Positions 1 to 11,329 of a stretch of 64,000 nt of DNA are shown in pieces (positions within the stretch are counted from its first letter, which is position 1; each line of letters begins with the position of its first letter). The notes under the pieces are model-generated. The model was not told where the DNA came from. It ran no database searches and worked only from the letters and a program-made list of their open reading frames with translations. Source of the stretch: Daphnia carinata. Taxonomy: Eukaryota. The DNA lies in the NCBI RefSeq assembly GCF_022539665.2, contig NC_081331.1, positions 14,012,001 to 14,076,000 on the forward strand, given 5' to 3'. The translations under genes and the position numbers were made by a program.

Positions 1-278
1 TAGACAGTTCGATTTCTTTGCCAATTAAGCATCACATTCAACGCAGATTTCCCTACTCCTTTTCCAGATTCACGAGAGACGGGTGAAGGTTTCATACCAA
101 ACACCTTTAGTCGGAAGACACTCCGTTCTCAAGGAATATCGTAGTGTTTTGGATATGCAAAAATCGTGAGCCGTCCCACAAATTTTAAGAAAGGAAACGA
201 AAGCCTCTCTGAAAATATTGGCATCGATATCCATTGTCTCGAAAGTAAGCACACCCTTCGTGTGCAAGGAGAGGAGGA

Positions 279-320
279 TATAAATGACGGCCAGCATGTC
301 CGACTATCATCACACATCCT
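279..320 (+). promoter_or_regulatory. TATA box plus initiator-like ATCAC, representative of all 16 array genes
   Basis: Type A GATATAAATG (279), type B CATATAAGAA (~1803), type C AATATAAAAT (~3283). Each is followed ~30 nt later by CATCAC(A) or a close variant and a short A/C-rich 5'UTR. Confidence 0.75.
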
Positions 321-366
321 CCTCAACAGTCTCCAAACAAGGATCCAAACAACCAAACTTACCAGA

Positions 367-892
367 ATGAAATTCGTAAGCGATTACTTGAATTTCAGTT
401 TCCTTTCCCTTTTCAATTTTTTAGTTTACTGTCTTTGTTATGTCATAACAGATTATCGCTCTCGCTTTCTTGGCCCTGGCTTTGGCTGCACCACAAGGTG
501 ACAAGAAACCCATTGAAATTATTTCATCCAACAGCGAAATGAACGCTGATGGCAGCTACTCTTTCAAGTAAGCTCATTTGCAATTACCTTTTCTGGACTG
601 CATTAAAAATCTGATAAACTCTTGCAGTTTCGAGAGCGCCGATGGCACAAAAATGTCAGAGAGCGGCAACCAGAAGAAAGTCGGACCCAAAGATGAAGAT
701 ATTGGAACTGTTTCCAAAGGATCTTACTCGTACACTTCTCCGGACGGCGTTATCATCACTGCCAACTTGGTTGCTGATGAGAACGGTTTCCAGGCCACCG
801 GTGATCATTTGCGGCATTTGCCCACTCCTCCCCCGATGCCCGAACATGTCGTGAAGATGTTGGCCGATTTGAAGGCTGCTGGTGTTCTGTAA
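367..892 (+). CDS. RR-1 cuticular protein, copy 1 (type A), 3 exons, 129 aa
   Basis: Exons 367-375 (MKF), 452-567 and 628-892 with GT-AG introns. Signal peptide IIALAFLALALA, then DGSYSF-FESADG...GSYSYTSPDG...ADENGFQATGDHL. Carries a 9-nt insertion (HLRHLP) and a W>L change. Confidence 0.93.
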
Positions 893-1230
893 GCCCGCGC
901 ATATATCACCCATCAACATGAAGCCACTCGAAAAATGTTTGAATATGTTGCCACTTTGTAAAGCCCAATGTAATTAGTCCTTTTTTTTTTTAAATAAAGA
1001 AAATTCATTTTCATTCAAACTGTTTTTCCTTCTTAACTGCTGGATGAAAGATGATTCCCTGGGTAATTGTTTGTGTTTTGAACGATTACTAGAATTAAGT
1101 TAAAGAATTTGGAATGCTGTCCGCGTTTTCTTATTTGTTTTAGTTTGAATGAATCATAACTGGTAAGATTTCGTCGAAATCCCAGTCAAAATTTTAAGTC
1201 CGATTTTGTTTTTAAAAAAAGTTGGTCTTA

Positions 1231-1263
1231 AAAAATAAGCCCGACAAAATAAGCCCGACTTTT
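1231..1263 (+). repeat. (AAAATAAGCCCGAC)n tandem motif, probable transposon remnant
   Basis: 2-3 copies at ~1233, ~8865, ~13264, ~20824 (CCCGGT variant) and ~22444. The same motif occurs at 58386-58410. Confidence 0.8.
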
Positions 1264-1891
1264 TCGTTTGTTTAATTTTTTTCAAAAATCAAAATATAAT
1301 TATTAAAATACATCACTGGGATAGAACATTTTATAAGAATAAAAAAATTGAATTCGTCTGTTCGTGAGACGCATAGTTTCTGAGTTATATGAATTCTAAA
1401 TGGTTTTAGCGAAACCATTGTGATCCCGTTTTGTGTTATAATATCCATAATTAAGGTAAAACTAATTACATATCCAGAATTTACGCGTCATATCGGATTT
1501 AGTAATGGGTTTTTATCGACTTCCAAATCAAAATTGTTATTCGGTTTATTTCGATAATATGAACGGGGACGGGGGTAGTTTCAAGTTCGATTTCTAAGTG
1601 TTTCTCAACAGAAGTGCCGTACCTCTAAATAAATAAACGGTAAAACTGGAGAACGGGTATTGTTATAAAAAAAAAGTGTTTCCCTTATGTCATCGAACGA
1701 ATTTTTATTATTGAAAATCGGCATCGTAAGGAGACTTTGGGAGAGTCCATTCTTCTTTTTAAGAGAAGGGAATGACCCTCAGCTTTCAGCCCGAGTGGGG
1801 TACATATAAGAAGAATCTGCTGACAACCATCATCACAATCCTCTCTCAGCCTTCTTCAGAAGAACAACAGGACAATCCAAAATTCGCAAAA

Positions 1892-2414
1892 ATGAAATTT
1901 GTAAGTCGATCCTCCAACCGATTTCTTTAACTGCATCATACTTTTTAATCGTTTTCATTCTGGCGTTTAAACAGATCATCGCTCTCGCTTTCTTGGCTAT
2001 TGCCATCGCCGCACCGCAAGGAGACAAGAAGCCCATTGAGATTATTTCATCCAACAGCGAGATGAACGCCGATGGAAGTTACACTTTCGAGTAAGTTCAA
2101 CTACTCATTTTTGTACCTCTTTTTTGCTGGAAAAGATCAACTTCTATTTATTTACACAGTTTTTGAGCGCTGATGGCACAAAAGTATCAGAAAGCGGTAG
2201 CCAAAAGCAAGTTGGACCTAAACCCGAAGACATCGGCACCGTCTCCAAGGGATCTTACTCTTTCACTACCCCCGATGGTGTTGTCATCACTGTAAACTGG
2301 GTTGCTGATGAAAACGGTTTCCAAGCTACTGGAGATCATTTGCCCACTCCTCCTCCGATGCCCGAGCACGTCGTGAAGATGTTGGCCGATCTGAAAGCTG
2401 CCGGTGTTCTGTAA
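1892..2414 (+). pseudogene. RR-1 cuticular protein, copy 2 (type B), frameshifted as assembled
   Basis: Exons 1892-1900, 1975-2090 and 2160-2414 sum to 380 nt. Exon 3 is 1 nt shorter than its twin (14191-14446), giving TGA at 2164-2166. Could be a homopolymer sequencing error. Confidence 0.6.
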
Positions 2415-3372
2415 ACCTGTGCATATATTACCCATCAACATGTATATTAAACAACCAAAAATGAAATTGCTGTGATCCCTTTGTACCACTCTAAAGTCTC
2501 CCAACTTTTCTGGGAGAAGAATACATAATAAACGTCTAGTTCCGTAAAACCGATTCTCTTTTACTTATTACAAAAGCCGACAAATTGCAGCCGTTTGTAA
2601 ATGAAACAGTTAAGACTTCATGCTTACTTTTGTATGGCAATTAACCCAACCTCATCATCCACAGAATATGTTTGTCGCGACTGATTTTCACTTTTTACGC
2701 AATGATGCTACTTCCGCTTTTTACGCAGACTTCATAGTGAACAACATAATGAAACAAACGTCTAGTTGTGGTTAACGTTTTTATATTAAACTATACCGTT
2801 GTCATGCAATTGAAGCATATGAAATGCTGCTAGTTTGTTATTCCGGAATAAAGTCCCTTCCCATCAGATCTGTTGGCTTTTATTAAAACATCGTATTCTG
2901 AAATTTCCTATGAAGGCTTGCTCGTTGACAGTAATCTAGTAACCTAATGTTGTGGAACGAAACTGTGAATGCCACAAATAAGAAAAAATTTACTCTGAAC
3001 AAAACTCGTTTCTTTCCTCAATTTTTCTAAACTCATACAAGCCTCCATCGACGTTTGCTGACATTTTTGTGGAGTCTCTAGCTTGACCGCAGAGATGCCT
3101 CTAATGGCTCCATGCCAACTTTTATTTCAGTGAAAGGCCACCAACTCTCGGTTGCATACTGAAGTTCGGAACATTGACGTTTCTTTCTCCGTTTCTGTTT
3201 GGCACGGATTTTCTGCGGAATGAACGGAATCCCTACACTCATTCAGAAAGTGGAAAGAACCTTGAATTTCATACCGCCGACGAATATAAAATGATGGTTT
3301 CTACTGGAATAACATCACACTTCATTCTCAGCTTTCCTCAGAAGAGCAACAGAATCCCACCACTTGTTGAAA

Positions 3373-3911
3373 ATGCAATTGGTAACGTTAAAATTTAAAC
3401 ACAATCTGTAATCCATTTACTTCCTTGTGTTGTTAGTGTTTAATCTATTCTCGTTGTTGCACAACAGTAGATCATCGCACTCGCTTTCTTGGCTGTGGCT
3501 TTTGCTGCACCTCAAGGAGACAAGAAGCCCATTGAAATTATCTCGTCCAACATCGAAGCAAATGCTGATGGAAGCTATTCTTTTGCGTAAGTTATTTCTT
3601 CTCTATTGTCTGATTTGTGTATTTAATCCACAATGGATACCAATTACGTCTACAGATTCGAGAGTGCCGATGGCACGAAAGTGTCAGAGAGCGGCAGCCA
3701 AAAGCAAGTCGGACCTAAACCCGAAGATATCGGAACCGTCTCTAAAGGATCTTATTCTTTCACTACTCCCGATGGTGTCGTCCTCACGGTCAACTGGGTC
3801 GCTGATGAGAACGGATTCCAGGCCACTGGTGATCATTTGCCAACTCCTCCTCCCATGCCCGAGCATGTCGTGAAGATGTTGGCCGATCTCAAAGCTGCTG
3901 GTCTTCTGTAA
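3373..3911 (+). CDS. RR-1 cuticular protein, copy 3 (type C, MQL start), intact only via the distal NAGNAG acceptor
   Basis: Exons 3373-3381, 3471-3586 and 3656-3911. Acceptor CAGTAG at 3465-3470. Confidence 0.8.
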
Positions 3912-4878
3912 ATCTGTCTATACATTACTCATCATTTTGACGCCGTACAACCGAGATTTTGGATCCGTCTTCATTTTGTAAAAATTCAATTGTTTCCCCT
4001 TATTTCCGCCTAGACAAAATACAGAGAAATTTTTTCATTTAAAATGTTTTCGTATTATATTAACTGAAAGACAAACGATTCATACGTGCCAGGCCATTCT
4101 ACGAGTGATTAGGCTGGCAACGTTAAAATTAAGGCATTTGGAGTGCCGCCTGCCATTCGTCAAAGAAAATAGCTGAAAATACTATATTGTGCGTTTCTAT
4201 ACTGTGTTATAATGAGGATAAGGTATCATTTATAAAGGGAATATTGGATGCCCCTCTTTCCGAGAGACGTACAACAATACGCTTTTTTTTCAGTTCAAAA
4301 ACTTGAGTCGAGTAAAGAGTTAAACAGCTTTATTGCCACAAGGAAATCTTGCTGAACAAACACCGCCCTGAGAAGTTTTAATAAATGAAATGTCGTCCAT
4401 TTCAAATAAATCTTTCCAAGTTTGAAACATTTCCAACGCGTCCCCGGTTGTCGTTGCAAAGTAGTAGAATCAGTATCATTTTCTTCGGAATTATAATACG
4501 ATATTATAAGTGATGAAAATAAAATGTTACAATGCTGCACTTCACTCGTTTCAAACATTACCATGATTGGGACCGTTGGTGGCTATCGTGCTTTTACTCA
4601 ACTTTCACTCGAAGAGACATCCATTCGAAAGCATTCGCCTAGCTACCTTTCTGATGAGGAATCACAGAGTAATAGAATGCTACCGTCCGAAGTTTTTGAG
4701 TGGAAGTCGGATCGGGAGAAGACTTTGGGAGAGTCAATTCTTCCTCATAAGAGAAGGGAACGACCCTCAGGTTTCGGCTGTCTGGGGTACATATAAGAAG
4801 AACCTACCGACAACCATCAGCACAATCCTCCCTCAACCTTCTCCAGAAGAACAACAGGATAATCCAAAACTCGCAAAA

Positions 4879-5407
4879 ATGAAATTCGTAAGTCTTTCTT
4901 CAGCAGATTTCTATTACATGTTCATACTTTTAAGACGAATTCATTCTGGCATTCGAATAGATCATCGCTCTCGCTTTCTTGGCTGTTGCCATTGCTGCAC
5001 CACAAGGAGACAAGAAGCCTATTGAAATTATCTCATCCAATAGCGAAATGAACGCCGATGGAAGCTATTCTTTTTCGTAAGTTAACCCTTCAATAATAAT
5101 AATTTACGACGACTTGTTACATTAGGAATGAATTTCATCTCCATGTCACAGTTTCGAGAGTGAGGATGGTACCAAGGTGTCGGAGAGCGGTAGCCAGAAG
5201 CAAGTCGGACCTAAGTCCGAAGACATTGGAACCGTCTCCAAAGGATCTTACTCTTACACTTCTCCCGATGGTGTTGTCCTCACCGTCAATTGGGTCGCTG
5301 ATGAAAATGGATTCCAAGCCACCGGTGATCATTTGCCTACTCCTCCACCCATGCCCGAGCACGTCGTGAAGATGTTGGCCGATCTGAAGGCTGCTGGTGT
5401 TCTGTAA
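4879..5407 (+). CDS. RR-1 cuticular protein, copy 4 (type B')
   Basis: MKF|gtaagt, signal peptide, FESEDGTKV...VNWVADENGFQ, TAA at 5405-5407. Confidence 0.93.
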
Positions 5408-5817
5408 ACCTGCACATATATTACTTATCAACATGTAAATCACACAACCAAAAACTAAATTGCTCCGATCACTTTGTGCCACTCCAAAGGCTCCCAACTT
5501 TTTCTGGGAGTAAAATACATAATAAACGTCTAGTTCCGTAAAACCGATTCTCTTTTACTTATTACAAAAGCCAACAAATTGTTGCCATTTGTAAATGAAA
5601 CAATAAAGACTTCTTACTTGCTGATTGATGTATGGCAATAAATCCAAGCCCATCATCCAAGGAATATGTTCTTTCGCGACCGACTTTCGCTTTGTGCGCA
5701 ATGATACTATTTCCGCTTTTTACGCAGGCTTGATAGTGAACGAGATAATAAGGCAAACGTCCAATTGTGATTAACGTTTTCATTTTTGAATATGGCGTTG
5801 GTATGCAATAATAAAAC

Positions 5818-5841
5818 ATGCATATGCATATGCATATGCAT
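5818..5841. repeat. (ATGCAT)4 self-complementary hexamer repeat, second copy at 17808-17831
   Basis: Read directly from the sequence. Confidence 0.9.
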
Positions 5842-6379
5842 AATAGAATGCTGCTAGTTAGTTTTTTCTAAATTAAGTTCCTTCCCATCAAATCTCTTGG
5901 CTTTTATTAAAACATCGTATGTTGTAAGTTCTTGCAAAGGCTTGCTCGTTGACAGTAACCTAGTAGCCTAATGTTGCGGAACGAAACAGCGAATGCCGCC
6001 AATTAGGAAAAATTTACCGTAAAGAAAACCCACTTTTACTCCCATTTTTACTCTATTGCGCAATTGCTTCCATCGACACTGTTGACATTTTTGCGGGGGC
6101 TCCAAACTGACCGCAGAGGTGAGTCTAATGGCTTCTGTGAAAGGCCACCAACTCTCGGTTGCTTACTGAAGTTCGGAACATTGACGTTTCCTTCTCCACA
6201 TCAGTTTGGAACGGATTCTTTGTGAAATGAACGGAATCCCTACACCCTTTCAGAAAGTGGAAAGGCCCTTGAATTTCATACCGCCGACGAATATAAAATG
6301 ATGGTTTCTACTGGAATAGCATCACACTTCATTCTCAGCTTTCCTCAGAAGAGCAACAGAATCCCAATACTTGCTAAAA

Positions 6380-6901
6380 ATGAAATTGGTAAGGTTTAAT
6401 CAAATGAAATCTTTAATTCATTTACTTCTTTGTGTTTTTCTCGTTGTTGTAAAACAGTCGATCGTAGCTCTCGCTTTCTTGGCTGTGGCTTTTGCTGCAC
6501 CTCAAGGAGACAAGAAGCCCATTGAAATTATCTCGTCCAACATCGAAGCAAATGCTGATGGAAGCTATTCTTTTGCGTAAGTTACGTCTCTTCTCTGTGT
6601 GACCTGTGTATTTAATCCCCAAATGGATATCAATTACGTCTACAGATTCGAGAGCGCCGATGGCACGAAAGTTTCAGAAAGCGGCAGCCAGAAACAAGTC
6701 GGACCTAAACCCGAGGACATTGGAACCGTCTCTAAAGGATCTTACTCTTTCACTACTCCCGATGGTGTCGTCCTCACCGTCAACTGGGTCGCCGATGAGA
6801 ATGGATTCCAGGCCACCGGTGATCATTTGCCAACTCCTCCTCCCATGCCCGAACACGTCGTGAAGATGCTGGCCGATTTGAAAGCTGCTGGTCTTCTGTA
6901 A
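6380..6901 (+). CDS. RR-1 cuticular protein, copy 5 (type C)
   Basis: MKL|gtaagg ... cag|SIVALAFLAVAFAAPQ, with the RR motif in exon 3. Confidence 0.93.
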
Positions 6902-8020
6902 ACTGTTCCCATATTACCTGCACAAACATGATCCAATTAGTGTCCCAATCGCTTTGTACAAGTTTCGCAGTGTTGTCCATTTTTTTCTCTCGTGAAAATA
7001 CATCCAATTTTACTTCCGTAAAACCCTTTCCTTAATTTCTCTTGCGAGGTGGCGAAAACAATTAATGATGAAATAGAATAACGATTCTAGCAAAAACTTG
7101 ATGTGTAATGTTTTTTTTTATTCAAAAGGCGGAACGCAGCGAAATAGTTTGTTGCCGTTTATAGAACGAAATTAATAAGGTAGCAATATGTATAGAAAAA
7201 ATGGCCTGTCGACAAACCGACTTCGAATAACTTGTCATTAAAATCCCAATCATCCATAAATTGGTTATAAGGGACGTCTTAAAAAATGTGACATTATAAA
7301 GAGCGGAATCTTGCTTCGTTTGAAATTCAAGTGCCGAATACACTTACGTCACAGAAACACGCTAGGGATGCAACAGGTGTAACTTTATTTTCTACTAATG
7401 TGATAGGCTAGGATATATTTTTAGTCCCTGGTCAATGAAGAAATTATTCTCAAACTTTTTAATTCGTTTGTCAGCCTTGTTTGAAGGTACCCTTTTTAAA
7501 CCTAAGTTTTTATTCATCCAATTATCGGTGATTTATGGGGTTTAAAACTTACATTTGTCGTTGACCGTTGTTTATACTGTATTTTATATTTGATAATCAA
7601 AGATTTGAAAAAGAAAAAGCAGCTGCCATTGCCCAAATTTGAAATATGTGTGTATAGGCAGTCCGATTTCTTTGCCAATTAAGCTATCACGTTTAAGGAA
7701 GATTTCCCTCTTCCATTGCCAGACTCACGAGAGAGGGGTGAAGGTTTCATACCAAACACGTTTAGTCGGAAGGCAATCCGTTCTAAAAGGAATCTTGTAG
7801 TGTCTCAAAGATGCAATAATCGTGAGCCGTCCTACAATGTAAAGTAAGGAAACGAAAGCCTCTGTCTGTATTGGCATCGATATCCATAGTCTCTGAAGTG
7901 AGCACACCCTTCGTGTACAAGGAAAGGAGGGATATAAATGGCGGCCAGCACGTCCGACTATCATCACACATCCTCCTCAACAGTCTTCAGTCAAGGATCG
8001 AAACAACCAACCTTACCAGA

Positions 8021-8536
8021 ATGAAATTCGTAAGTGATTACTTGAATTTCAGTTTCCTTTCCCTTTTCATTCTTTAGTTTATTATCTTTGTTATTTCATA
8101 ACAGATTATCGCCCTCGCTTTCTTGGCCGTGGCTTTGGCTGCACCACAAGGTGACAAGAAACCCATTGAAATTATTTCATCCAACAGCGAAATGAACGCT
8201 GATGGCAGCTACTCTTTCAAGTAAGCTCATTTTCAATTACTTTTTCTGGACTGCATTAAAAATCTGATAAACTCTTGCAGTTTCGAGAGCGCCGATGGCA
8301 CAAAAGTGTCAGAGAGCGGCAACCAGAAGAAAGTCGGACCCAAGGATGAAGATATCGGAACTGTCTCCAAAGGATCTTACTCTTACACTTCTCCCGATGG
8401 TGTTGTAATCACGGTCAACTGGGTCGCTGATGAGAACGGATTCCAGGCCACTGGTGATCATTTGCCAACTCCTCCCCCCATGCCCGAGCATGTTGTGAAG
8501 ATGTTGGCCGATTTGAAGGCTGCTGGTGTTCTGTGA
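8021..8536 (+). CDS. RR-1 cuticular protein, copy 6 (type A)
   Basis: Same 3-exon structure, KKVGPKDED type-A signature, TGA stop. Confidence 0.93.
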
Positions 8537-9308
8537 GCCCGTGCATGCATCCCCTATCAACTTGAAGCCACTCGAAAAAAAGTTTTGAATATGTTGCTAC
8601 TTTGTAAAGTCCAATGTAATTAGTCCTTTTTTTTTAATAAAGAAAAATTCATTTCCAATTCACATTGTTTTTCTTCTAAACTGCTAGATGAGAGATGATT
8701 CCCTGGGCAATTGTTTGCGTTTTCAACGATTACTAGAAATAAGTTAAAGAATTTGGAATGTTGTCCGCGTTTTCTTATTTGTTTTATTTTGAATGGATCA
8801 TAACGGGTAAGATTTCGTCAAAATTTTAAGTCCGATTTTGTTTTTAAAAAAGGTTGGTCTTAAAAAATAAGCCCGACAAAATAAGCCCGACAAAATAAGC
8901 CCGACTTTTGAATTCGTTAAATTTTTTGTTTTCAAAAATCGAACTATAATTATTAAAATACATCACTGGGATACAACATTTTATAAGAATAAAAAAAGTT
9001 AAATTCGTCTGTTCGTAAGGCCCATAGTTTCTTCGATAATATAAACAGGGACGGGGGTAGTTTCAAGCTCGATTTCTAAGTGTTACCCGATAAGTGGGTG
9101 CCTTATGTCATCGTTCGAAGTTTCTTTTTGAAAATGGGCATCGTAAGGAGGCTTTGAGAGAGTCCATTCATCTTTTTAAGAGAAGGGAACGACCCTCAGC
9201 TTTCAGTCCGAGTGGGGTACATATAAGAAGAACCTGCCGACAACCATCATCACAATCCTCTCACAGCCTTCTCCAGAAGAACAACAGGATAATCCAAAAT
9301 TCGCAAAA

Positions 9309-9831
9309 ATGAAATTCGTGAGTCTTTCTTTAGCAGATTTCTATTACAAATTCATACTTTTAAATCGTTTTCATTCTGGGGTTTAAACAGATCATCGCTC
9401 TCGCTTTCTTGGCTGTTGCCATTGCCGCACCGCAAGGAGACAAGAAGCCCATTGAGATTATTTCATCCAATAGCGAAATGAACGCAGATGGAAGCTACGC
9501 TTTCGAGTAAGTTCAACTACTCATTGTTGTCCCTCTTTTTTGCTGAAAAAGATCAACTCCGATTTATTTACAAAGTTTTGTGAGCGCTGATGGCACTAAA
9601 GTGTCAGAGAGCGGCAACCAGAAGCAAGTCGGACCTAAGCCCGAGGATATTGGAACTGTATCCAAAGGGTCTTACTCTTACACCTCCTCCGATGGAGTCG
9701 TCATCGGTGTCAACTGGGTTGCCGATGAGAACGGTTTCCAGGCTACCGGTGATCATTTGCCCACTCCTCCCCCGATGCCCGAGCACGTCGTGAAGATGTT
9801 GGCCGATTTGAAGGCTGCTGGTGTTCTCTAA
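9309..9831 (+). CDS. RR-1 cuticular protein, copy 7 (type B)
   Basis: MKF|gtgagt. The intron 2 acceptor is AAG (9573-9575) rather than CAG. YTSSDGVVIGVNW variant. Confidence 0.88.
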
Positions 9832-10789
9832 ACCTGTGCATATATTGCCCATCAACATGTAAATCACACAACCAAAAATGAAATTGATCTGATCACTTTG
9901 TATCACTCCAAAGGCCCCCAACTTTTTTTGGGAGTAGAATACATAATAAACGTCTAGTTCCGTAAAACCAATTCTCATTTACTTACTACAAAAACCAACA
10001 AATTGTTGCCAGTTATAAATGAAACGGTCAAGGCTTCATACTTGCTGATTTATGGCAATAAACCTAATCTCATCATCTACGGAATATGTTTTTTCGCGAT
10101 CAAATTTCACTTTTTACGCAATGATGCTATTTTCCGATTTTTACGCAGATTTCATTGTGAACAACATAATGAAACAAACGTCTAGTTGTGATTAATGTTT
10201 TCATATTAAACTATAGCGTTGGCATGCCATTAAAGCATACGAAATGCTGCTAGTTAGTTTTTCCGGAATAAAGTCCCTTCCCATCAGATTTGTTGGCTTT
10301 TATTAAAACATCGTATTCTGAAATTTCCTATGAAGGCTTGCTCGTTGACAGTAATCTAGTAACCTAATGTTGTGGAACGAAACAGTGAATGCAACAAATT
10401 AGAAAAAATTTACTCTGAACGAAACTCGTTTCTTTCCTCAATTTTGCTAAACTCATACAAGCCTCCATCGACGTTTCCTGACATTTTTGCGGGGTCTCTT
10501 AGCTGACCGAAGAGATGCCTCTAATGGCTCCGTGCCAACTTTTATTTCAGTGAAAGGCCACCAACTCTCGGTTGCATACTGAAGTTCGGAACATTGACGT
10601 GTCTTTCCCCACTGTTTGGAACGGATTTTCTGCGGAATGAATGCAATCCCTACACCCATTCAGAATGTGGGAAGGCCCTTGAATTTTAGACCGCCGACGA
10701 ATATAAAATGATGGTTTCTACTGGAATAACATCACACTTCATTCTCAGCTATCCTCAGAAGAGCAACAGAATCCCAACACTTCTTAAAA

Positions 10790-11329
10790 ATGAAATTGGT
10801 AACCTTAAAATTTAAACCTAATGTTTAACTCATTTACTTCCTCGTGTTCTTGGTGTTTAATCTATTCTCGTTGTTGTACAACAGTCGATCATCGCTCTCG
10901 CTTTCTTTGCTGTGGCTTTTGCTGCACCTCAAGGAGACAAGAAGCCCATTGAGATTATTTCGTCCAACATCGAAACAAATGCTGATGGAAGCTATTCTTT
11001 TGCGTAAGTTATTTCTTCTCTATTGTTTGACCTGTGTATATAATCCACAAATGGATACCAATTTCGTCTACAGATTCGAGAGCGCCGATGGCACGAAAGT
11101 TTCAGAAAGCGGCAACCAGAAACAAGTCGGATCTAAACCCGAAGACATTGGAACCGTCTCTAAAGGATTTTACTCTTTCACTACTCCCGATGGTGTTGTC
11201 CTCACCGTCAACTGGGTCGCTGATGAGAACGGATTCCAGGCCACCGGTGATCATTTGCCAACTCCTCCTCCCATGCCCGAACATGTCGTGAAGATGCTGG
11301 CCGATTTGAAAGCTGCTGGTCTTCTGTAA
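10790..11329 (+). CDS. RR-1 cuticular protein, copy 8 (type C)
   Basis: MKL|gtaacc ... cag|SIIALAFFAVAFAAPQ, with the RR motif in exon 3. Confidence 0.93.

Larger units (their letters stand above)
1..6980 (+). repeat. Segmental duplication copy 1 (five genes A-B-C-B'-C), possibly extending left of the window
   Basis: Near-identical to 12042-~18965, including intergenic DNA. The offset falls from 12041 to 11990 through small indels. Confidence 0.93.
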
